Source of the DNA: an uncultured Bacillota bacterium
Lineage (GTDB): Bacteria > Bacillota_I > Bacilli_A > RF39 > UBA660
NCBI GenBank assembly: GCA_905212975.1
Contig: CAJMGO010000001.1
Coordinates: forward strand, 110,650 to 174,649
Reading direction: 5' to 3'
DNA length: 64,000 nt
Part shown: piece after piece, positions 57,566 to 64,000 of the stretch
Position numbering within the stretch: the first letter of the stretch is position 1
Layout of the letters: each line of letters begins with the position of its first letter
Translations under genes and position numbers: made by a program
Notes under the pieces: generated by a model
Database searches by the model: none
What the model was told of the DNA's origin: nothing
The model's input: the letters and a program-made list of their open reading frames with translations, nothing else

Positions 57566-58677
57566 TTAGTCATCTTCTAAGCTATCTATAACAGAAACAA
57601 CAGAGTCGAGGGCAGTACTAAACATATGTGAATATGTGTTTAGTGTTTCCTCGATTTTTGTATGCCCTAAATATTTTGCAAATAATGTAACATTAGCACC
57701 ATTATTAATAAGTAGTGATGCATAAGAATGCCTAAAGTCATGAATCCTAATAACTTTTAAACCAGCAAGATTAGCTAGTTTAGTTCTTCTAAGTTATATA
57801 TTAGAATCAGCTATAGGTTTAGCATCAGATACAGCAAAGAAATCATCATTAAATCCGTAATACTCTTTTTTATTCTGTTCATAGAGCATTTTAAGGCCAT
57901 TTAACAAGACTTTAGTAATGGGAACTATTCTTCTACTATCTCTTGCCTTAGTATTCGAAAATTCAAACTTTAAGTAGTTATTTCTTTGCGTTATTTGCTT
58001 ATTAACTGATAATACTTTTTTATCAAAATAAATATCCTTCCAAGTAAGTCCTTTTAATTCTCCTTTACGAAGTCCATAGTAATAAAATATTTCAAATACA
58101 CATTTTCATCTCAGATCATCTTCATAAGAAATAAACTTTTTAAATTCATCATAAGTATAATAAGCCATTTCTTTTCTACGTTCATTAGGATCTTGGAACT
58201 TTGTCATTTTATTATATACTGCTTGAAAGTTTAAGTTATGCCATTTAACACCAAAATTCAATATAGATTTAGGAAATTTATAAATATTATTTTTATATCT
58301 AAGAGATATATTAATTTTATTTATCTCTCGTTTCCATTGCTCAAACTGCATGATATTAAAATCTTTCAATTTAACAGTAAAGAAGCATTCTATGAACTTT
58401 TCTTTATTATCATACACCATACTTAGTAGTATCTTTCATTATTTCATCATTATGCATTCTAAATTCATCATATAAATCTTTAAATGTCATATTATTATCT
58501 TCAACTTTATCAGTAGAAGTAACTAAAAACATTCTTTCTGCATCAGATGCTTCTTTTTTTGGTTAAATATTTTTTAGATCTATATTGTTTAGTAGCACCA
58601 AATGCATCTTTATAGCTAAACTTAAAATACCAAGCTCTACCATTTTTAGTAGGTTTAGGATCTTTGTAAACTGCCAT
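57566..58677 (-). pseudogene. Tyrosine recombinase (phage-type integrase) with at least two frameshifts and two in-frame stops
   Basis: The N-terminus MAVYKDPKPTKNGRAWYFKFSYKD..KKYLTKK breaks in an A7 run (T-run 58554-58560 on +). A second frame change lies near 58420. In-frame stops are TGA at 58106-58108 and TAA at 57794-57796. The catalytic R (ARDSRRIVP), HDFRHS, LGH and Y (NTYSHM) are still readable. Confidence 0.8.
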
Positions 58678-58828
58678 TATTTCACCAGCTTTCTTGTAGA
58701 AATCCCTAATTGGTGATATAATTAAATACGAGAAATCTCCAAAATTATATTTATTATAATTATTAAAGTTTACCAGACCTTTTTAATTAAGGATTTTTCA
58801 TTTTGATCACTGTTCAAGCAGTGGTTTT

Positions 58829-59357
58829 TTAGTCATAATATCTTTTAACTTGAACTGCAGAGCCAATAACTCTAAAGTCCTCATATTCAATAGTACCTTT
58901 TAAATAAGTAGTAGGTTTAAAATCACCACCAAGATTTAAAGGCATAACCATTATTCCATCATTTATAGTAATAAGTTTTCTAATTGTTACTATATCTTGC
59001 CCTTTTTCCATAACACAATAAAATCCATCTTTAGTCATCTTATTTTGTTCTCTAAGTATTATATAATCATTTTGATGAAACTCAGGATCCATAGTATTAT
59101 CAGGCATAATTAATCCAAAATAACTTTGTTTGTTCTTTATCCATTCTGGAGGTATTAGTTCTTCAACAACTTTAAATGCATTAGTTTTATCAGATAATAT
59201 ATTTCCAAAATATATTTTAGAAAAAACATCAACTATAACGGTGTCATCATTTAATAGATCATCTTCATCTTCAAGCATCTCTTCAATTAAATCAGATTTC
59301 TTGATAACAAAGTAATCAGCAATCATATTAATTTTTTCTACTCTTGGAAATATTTTA
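58829..59357 (-). pseudogene. LexA/CI-type repressor remnant: S24 peptidase-like domain with only the tail of its HTH
   Basis: The S24-like core reads MPDNTMDPEF (where GDSM is expected) ... VTIRKL. The frame stays open upstream of the ATG and reads ..KIFPRVEKINMIADYF, the end of an XRE HTH. It then runs into the hsdS fragment. Confidence 0.55.
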
Positions 59358-59771
59358 GTGTATGAACAACTAACACAATATATTGTTGAATCAACAAATT
59401 ATAGTGACGCTTATAAAACACCTGTTTTAACTGCAGGAAAGAGTTTTATATTAGGATACACTAAAGAAGAAACTGGGATATTTAATAAATTACCAGTTAT
59501 AATATTTGATGATTTTACTACTTCATCTAAATATGTTGATTTTCCATTTAAAGTTAAATCATCCGAAATGAAAATATTAAATTGTAATCCGGGGATGAAT
59601 ATAAAATTTTACTATTATTTGTTACAATCTCTTGATTATGATGCATCTACTCATAAACGTTATTGGATATCTGAATCTGCTCAAATGACTGTTCCTTTTC
59701 CAACAAAAGAGGAACAGGATAAAATTGTAAAAAATGTAGAACAATTATTAAATTTAATTGATCAAATATAA
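59358..59771 (+). pseudogene. hsdS: Type I restriction-modification specificity subunit (HsdS) fragment with a single TRD
   Basis: YKTPVLTAGKSFILGYT ... VIIFDDFTTSSKYVDFPFKVKSS.MKIL ... EEQDKIV. It lacks an N-terminal half, and there is no hsdM or hsdR nearby. Confidence 0.6.
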
Positions 59772-59911
59772 TGAATAAAATGTATTAATAATCAGACTGA
59801 AAGTTTTAAAAATATTTAAAAAATAGCGAAAAAATGTTATAATAAATTTGGATAATAGAGTGTATTTCCTTTTTAAGATGGAATATGCTCTTTTTTGATT
59901 GGAGGTAGTGT

Positions 59912-61168
59912 ATGCATAAAATATACTTGAATGATAATGTAATTAGAAATTTTAGAAATACTATTAATGATTATATAGATTTTTCATTGTTAAAAAAATA
60001 TAAAAATAATGACAATGCTTGGAATTCGATATGTGCATTAATGGATAGAATAGAAGATATTGTAATTTATCTTAATGAAAAGAAATTAAATACTGGAAAA
60101 TGGAATAGATGTGCATTTGATTTCTTTGAATTTATTGAGCAAGCTGGAGTTTTAATTGAATGTATAGATGAATTATATAAAATATATGACATTAAACCAA
60201 GCAGGACAAAAATTATATTTAAACATAAAGAAATAAATGAAAAATATTTATTAAAATTAAAAAAAGATAATAAAATAGCTAAAGTTGGAGATTCAAATTA
60301 CTTTGAATATATAAGATCTTTAAGTTCGGTTCATCCAGGTAAAACTGATAGACATAAAGAATTTCAATTTGCAAACTTTGAAGTTAGTCCATATGTTGTA
60401 TGGAACGGTGGTATCTACGCATTAGATCCTAGATGTAATGGTGAAATTATATTAGTTACATATAACAACGAAACAGATCAAATGCTAATTAATAAATCTA
60501 TTTATATAAAAGAGATATTTAATTTTATAAAATACAAATATTATTCAATAAATTATTTAACAAAATATGTTAAGAAATATTATCTTGATGAAATTAAAAC
60601 TTTAAGAGCCACCCCAATAAGAAAAAGAAATGATTTAAAAAATAACCTTGAATATTTGAATAATTTAGTTAATGTATCAAAAAAGAGATGTCCTAACATA
60701 ACGGATGAAATACAAGAAGTAATTGATATATTTAATCAGCAAATAACAAGAGAAGAAAATATTAATAAATACAATAAGTATTGCAATGCACTATTGTATT
60801 CAATGAAGGGAATTCATAGGCAACTTCAGAATATGGATTTTAATTGTGAATCTCCCATAGATAATCTTTTATTTAAACTTTTAGTTGGTGAAATTCATAT
60901 TAAAAATAATGCTAAAATGAATTATTCATATCCATTACAAAAAATATTAGACCTAAAGCTTGAAAGTTGTGATAAGGAATTTGCTTTGATTCAATATAAA
61001 ACACTATTACCATTTTTTAATAAATATATCAAAGTAACAGAAGAAGATTTATATCAATTAAGTTATGAAGAACTGTATGTTTTGAGTCAAATAGCAATTT
61101 ATTTGCATGAATTAGAATATAATGATATAGTCAATTTTTGCATACCTAATGATGAAGAATTTAGATAA
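59912..61168 (+). CDS. Hypothetical protein (418 aa) with a possible HEPN-like Rx5H motif
   Basis: RBS ttggaggtagtgtATG. The motif is YIRSLSSVHPGKTDRH. The protein looks predominantly helical. No family was recognised. Confidence 0.55.
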   Translation: MHKIYLNDNVIRNFRNTINDYIDFSLLKKYKNNDNAWNSICALMDRIEDIVIYLNEKKLNTGKWNRCAFDFFEFIEQAGVLIECIDELYKIYDIKPSRTKIIFKHKEINEKYLLKLKKDNKIAKVGDSNYFEYIRSLSSVHPGKTDRHKEFQFANFEVSPYVVWNGGIYALDPRCNGEIILVTYNNETDQMLINKSIYIKEIFNFIKYKYYSINYLTKYVKKYYLDEIKTLRATPIRKRNDLKNNLEYLNNLVNVSKKRCPNITDEIQEVIDIFNQQITREENINKYNKYCNALLYSMKGIHRQLQNMDFNCESPIDNLLFKLLVGEIHIKNNAKMNYSYPLQKILDLKLESCDKEFALIQYKTLLPFFNKYIKVTEEDLYQLSYEELYVLSQIAIYLHELEYNDIVNFCIPNDEEFR

Positions 61169-61188
61169 TATAAAGAGGTTAGAATAAC

Positions 61189-62064
61189 ATGAAAAGAAGT
61201 AAAATAAAAGGATATATTAATGATCTAGAAAATAAAAATAAAAATTTTTCTTTTGATAAGTCAATAAAAATATTAGACATAAGTAATGCTGTATATATTG
61301 ATATAATAGAAAAATATGATTTTAAAAGTATAACAAACTATAAAAATTCAAAATATTTGTTTAAAGAAATCTCTAATGAATTAAATGAAATTACTGAATT
61401 ATTAAGTAATAATAAAACTTTAATGGCAGTGTGTTTGTTAAGAAATGTCTATGAGGAAATAATGTATATTATAGCAACATCTTATTGTGACAATTTAGAT
61501 ATAGACTTTATGACAAAAGCAGGATATTTTAAAGATATAGTTGCTGATAATTGTAATGAATTACTTGGAGATATTTATACATCAGATGAGATAAAAGGAA
61601 TATATAGTTATTTATCTAAAATAACCCATGTAACTAATATCAAAGAAGCTGTTAGTTATTTATCAGGCAATAAAATAATAAAAGGATATATAGTTAATGA
61701 AATAAAATATGTTTCTTTGATAATAGAAAATCTGTATATTACATTTTTAAATAAAAAATCAAAGCTTGATAACAGCATGTGTGATAATATTATCTCTGTA
61801 GCTGGATATGTAGAATTAATTAATACTATGTATTATGTGGCTAATTCAACAGGCGAAACTAAAAGAATAGAAAGTTACTTTTATGGAGAAAAGAATAAAA
61901 AATATCTAGAAAAGCAAAAGGAATTAATGATAAGCGATTTTAAAGAATTACAGTCAAATAAAGATGAATTATCTAGATCTATAAAAATTATTTCGAAGGA
62001 ATTAGATAAACAACTAGCAGAAAATAATTACACAGAAATGGTAAATAAAATACTAAACTCATGA
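61189..62064 (+). CDS. Hypothetical helical protein (291 aa), possibly AbiV/DUF5677-like
   Basis: RBS aaagaggttagaataacATG, 20 nt after the upstream stop. It has CLLRNVYEEIMYIIA ... YSYLSKITHV and a C-terminal coiled coil. Confidence 0.55.
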   Translation: MKRSKIKGYINDLENKNKNFSFDKSIKILDISNAVYIDIIEKYDFKSITNYKNSKYLFKEISNELNEITELLSNNKTLMAVCLLRNVYEEIMYIIATSYCDNLDIDFMTKAGYFKDIVADNCNELLGDIYTSDEIKGIYSYLSKITHVTNIKEAVSYLSGNKIIKGYIVNEIKYVSLIIENLYITFLNKKSKLDNSMCDNIISVAGYVELINTMYYVANSTGETKRIESYFYGEKNKKYLEKQKELMISDFKELQSNKDELSRSIKIISKELDKQLAENNYTEMVNKILNS

Positions 62065-62075
62065 GAGAATTATAA

Positions 62076-62104
62076 GCAGTAGAAATAACACTACTGTCTT
62101 TTTT
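62076..62104 (+). terminator. Rho-independent terminator of the 59912-62064 operon
   Basis: Stem GCAGTAG / CTACTGT (one G-U pair) with an 8-nt loop, followed by a T-run. Confidence 0.6.
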
Positions 62105-62122
62105 AGGTACAATTTAGGTACA
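62103..62122 (+). repeat. Direct repeat TTAGGTACA x2 at a module junction
   Basis: Copies at 62103-62111 and 62114-62122. The architecture is analogous to the TAGATAC repeats at 41319-41359. Confidence 0.4.
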
Positions 62123-62465
62123 AGAATACTAAAAAACCACGGTAAATGACGGTTTATGCCAATATAAAAAGGCCAATAAATAAAGGGCTTAACACCATTC
62201 AGCCTCTTCTAACTGAAGAGAGCATTTAAACGTGCTCTCATTTTTATTTATATTAAAGTGTTTTAGAACTATTAAGTAATTTTTGGTACACAAATTTAAT
62301 ATTGGTTAAAATTTTATTGAACGTTTTAATGAAAATTTATGCTTTTTCATTAATTTTGTTAAAGATATAAAACCTAAGAAATTGTTCTTTAAAATTTTTT
62401 TATGTGTATGATACTGACAAATAAGAATTTTTTTTTGTTATACTATTATTAGTTGAGGTGCTAAG

Positions 62466-62804
62466 GTGTCCGAGAGAGATTTAGATTCAAGTATAAATGA
62501 TTATATTGAAACTGAAACACCTAAAAACTATGTAAGACAACAAGAATGGGATATGGCTATTGGACTTCAAGAAGTTGATAACTTAAAACCTTCTAAGTAT
62601 TTAGAAAAGTTGTTACATGAAAATGTTACAGGTGAAAAAACTATTTATGAAGTAGAACGTGAGTTAAAATAATATTATATAGAAAAGGATAAAACAAATA
62701 ATAGTTTCTTAATTAAATTCTATGAGAACTTATTATTAGGAAAGAATAATAATTTACATTCAAGAAATTTAATTGTAGAAGCATTATTTAATAAAGAAAA
62801 TTAA
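62466..62804 (+). pseudogene. Fic-family gene remnant: N-terminal VbhA-like region joined to a C-terminal tail, with an in-frame TAA
   Basis: QEWDMAIGLQEVDNLKPSKY..GEKTIYEVERELK*YYIEKDK..FLIKFYENLLLGKNNNLHSRNL. The TAA is at 62670-62672. The central HPFxxGNGR domain is absent. Confidence 0.45.
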
Positions 62805-62953
62805 AAAGAAGCGTTAGTACAGGCTTATTAATTTAATAGGTTTTTGTATTGGCGTTTTTTTAGTTGTAAATTTGATACTTATATATCTTATTATTACCCA
62901 AAAATAAAACTTTTAATATTTTAAGAACTAAAGTATAAAAAAAATTAAAAAAA

Positions 62954-62980
62954 TTAGCACTCATCTATTGACAGTGCTAT
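62954..62980 (+). promoter_or_regulatory. CIRCE-like inverted repeat (HrcA operator) overlapping the hsp20 promoter
   Basis: TTAGCACTC-N9-CAGTGCTAT compared with the consensus TTAGCACTC-N9-GAGTGCTAA. A TTGACA lies inside the spacer/right arm, and TAGTAT lies 17 nt downstream. Confidence 0.6.
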
Positions 62981-63092
62981 TAAAAAGTGATAGTATTATA
63001 TATGTAAGGTTGATAAAGCCTTATGGGTATTAAAATTATATTTGTGCTACCTTATAAAGGTGTCAACACATAGTGAAAGGAAGTCGATTAAT

Positions 63093-63506
63093 ATGATGTT
63101 AGTACCAAGAAATAATTTTGATTTGTTTGATGATATTTTTGGAGATCCAATGTTCTTTAAAAATGAAAGTAAGTTAATGAAAACTGATATAAGAGAAACA
63201 GATGATAATTATATCATTGATGTAGATTTACCTGGTTTTAAGAAAGAGGATATAAAAATTGATATAACTGATGGATATTTAAATATATCTGCTAAAATGA
63301 ATTCTAAACATGAAGATAAAAAAGAAAAATATATAAGAAAAGAAAGATATTTTGGTGAATGTTCTCGTAGCTTTTATGTTGGTGATGACATTGAAACTGA
63401 AAGTGTAAATGCTACATATAAAGATGGTATTTTGAGTTTGGAAATTCCAAAAGTTAAAGAGCAAGAAAAATTACCTGAAAAAAAATATATTGAAATTGGA
63501 GAATAA
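63093..63506 (+). CDS. Small heat-shock protein (Hsp20/alpha-crystallin family)
   Basis: The alpha-crystallin core is DIRETDDNYIIDVDLPGFKKEDIKI...GILSLEIPK. ATG 63093 follows gaaagga. Confidence 0.85.
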   Translation: MMLVPRNNFDLFDDIFGDPMFFKNESKLMKTDIRETDDNYIIDVDLPGFKKEDIKIDITDGYLNISAKMNSKHEDKKEKYIRKERYFGECSRSFYVGDDIETESVNATYKDGILSLEIPKVKEQEKLPEKKYIEIGE

Positions 63507-63512
63507 TAATAT

Positions 63513-63550
63513 AAAGTCTATAAATCATTTTATAGACTTTATTTTTTTTT
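63513..63550 (+). terminator. Rho-independent terminator of hsp20
   Basis: 11-bp stem AAAGTCTATAA / TTATAGACTTT with a 6-nt loop, followed by a long T-run. Confidence 0.8.
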
Positions 63551-63738
63551 ACTTTTTTTATTTTTAAATTGATATATAATGTATGTATGGTGATTTGATA
63601 AAGTATTTAGACTATTTTCCGGGTAAAGTTGTTGATAATGATATTGATAATTTATTTTTTAATAAGTAATGTATTTATATTATTACTTATTTTTTTGTTA
63701 TAAATATGATATACTATTTGTATTGCAAGGAGGTATTT

Positions 63739-64000
63739 ATGATTTATTTAGATTATGCAGCATCAACACCTGTTGATGATCAAGTTTTAGACACGTTTTA
63801 TAATGTTTCAAAAAAATATTATGCTAATCCAAATTCTATTCATAAATTTGGTGTTGAAACTAAAAATTTAATTGATAATAGTACTATTGATATAGCAAAT
63901 AAATTAGGTGTTTTGAAAGAAGAAATTATATATACTTCTGGAGCTAGTGAATCTAATAATTTAGTTATTAAGGGTATTTGTGAGCGATATAAAAATAGGG
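63739..64000 (+). CDS. Cysteine desulfurase (NifS/IscS-like), 5' part; continues beyond the window
   Basis: RBS aaggaggtatttATG. MIYLDYAASTPVDDQVL...IIYTSGASESNN is the canonical class V aminotransferase N-terminus. Confidence 0.8.
   Translation, partial: MIYLDYAASTPVDDQVLDTFYNVSKKYYANPNSIHKFGVETKNLIDNSTIDIANKLGVLKEEIIYTSGASESNNLVIKGICERYKNR

Larger units (their letters stand above)
39184..62900. mobile_element. Composite, decaying accessory island made of accreted mobile-element remnants and cargo
   Basis: It lies between core recG and hsp20. It contains a disrupted tyrosine integrase and TnpV, S24-repressor, HsdS and Fic fragments. It also has 5'-truncated genes, genes with in-frame stops and short direct repeats at module junctions. 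The boundaries are approximate. Confidence 0.55.

Noticed and set aside
51988-62160. Inverted 9-mer CCGTCATTT (51.99 kb, +) and AAATGACGG (62.14 kb) as possible terminal inverted repeats of a 10-kb element
   Set aside because: Only 9 nt match, with no extended flanking similarity. A single such match is plausibly chance in a window of this size (not computed).
43701-62672. Possibility of stop-codon reassignment or an alternative genetic code to explain the in-frame TAA/TGA codons
   Set aside because: Nearly all well-supported genes in the window terminate with TAA, and conserved genes (valS, recG, clpC-like, virB4-like) read through without internal TGA/TAA. The interrupted genes are confined to the decaying island, and one of them (the integrase) also has frameshifts.
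1482-63464. About 20 antisense or overlapping ORFs of 60-140 aa from the track. They are 1482-1664, 5477-5734, 6621-6836, 9324-9611, 15531-15791, 17955-18167, 21964-22323, 23419-23697, 28209-28487 and 35239-35469. They continue with 36324-36530, 40849-41133, 41594-41788, 42789-43013, 43865-44077, 46007-46189, 48472-48891, 54849-55064, 58238-58426, 59130-59315 and 63279-63464.
   Set aside because: Each lies inside, and antisense or out of frame to, a longer ORF with recognisable motifs. They lack RBSs and have low-complexity, AT-codon-driven composition. For example, 5477-5734 is the mirror of the Gly/Ala-rich linker of the VirB6-like gene.
1-64000. CRISPR arrays, rRNA genes, group II introns, retrons/DGRs and intact IS elements
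   Set aside because: I saw no regularly spaced direct repeats, no rRNA-like conserved blocks, no reverse-transcriptase YxDD-containing ORF and no transposase ORF on either strand.

Overview
This is a 64-kb, very AT-rich segment that uses the standard genetic code and looks like a Bacillota (Firmicutes) chromosome. Gene content resembles Erysipelotrichia or Clostridia, but the taxon cannot be fixed from sequence alone. All family calls below come from motif recognition by eye; no database search was run.

The window has four blocks:
- Block 1 (1-16.4 kb): the distal part of a Gram-positive-type conjugative type-IV-secretion-like operon. It holds a VirB4-like ATPase split into two ORFs, a VirD4/TraG-like coupling ATPase, a VirB6-like channel protein and a SpoIID-like+CHAP cell-wall hydrolase. 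It also holds three paralogous pilin-like 2-TM modules, and it is led by pilin-like and TadZ/CpaE-like genes.
- Block 2 (16.4-39.2 kb): core genes. These are rhodanese, GNAT, cdaA-cdaR, scpA-scpB, an MBOAT/DHHW O-acylation pair, tRNA-Leu(CAA) and a GH25 muramidase. They continue with a TIGR01212-type radical SAM gene, a clpC-like gene, a T-box leader driving HD-domain gene+valS, an orphan type IV pilin gene and recG.
- Block 3 (39.2-62.9 kb): a composite, visibly decaying accessory island. It contains a multiply disrupted tyrosine integrase, TnpV, HsdS, S24-repressor and Fic remnants, and genes with single in-frame TAA stops. It also carries a run of phosphoesterase/GNAT/MFS genes and two intact, self-contained two-gene modules.
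- Block 4 (62.9-64 kb): core genes again (CIRCE-like operator+hsp20, then the start of a cysteine desulfurase).

No CRISPR array, rRNA, reverse transcriptase or intact transposase was seen.

The best candidates for something new are:
- the HTH-Fic + ABC-ATPase/TOPRIM-like operon (54.6-57.6 kb);
- the uncharacterised pair at 59.9-62.1 kb, which carries HEPN-like signatures;
- the triplicated pilin-like module of the transfer operon, one copy of which is fused to a ~590-aa ectodomain;
- a set of promoter/terminator-bounded intergenic RNAs sharing a CCCCCTGA motif (36.9, 39.3 and 41.25 kb).
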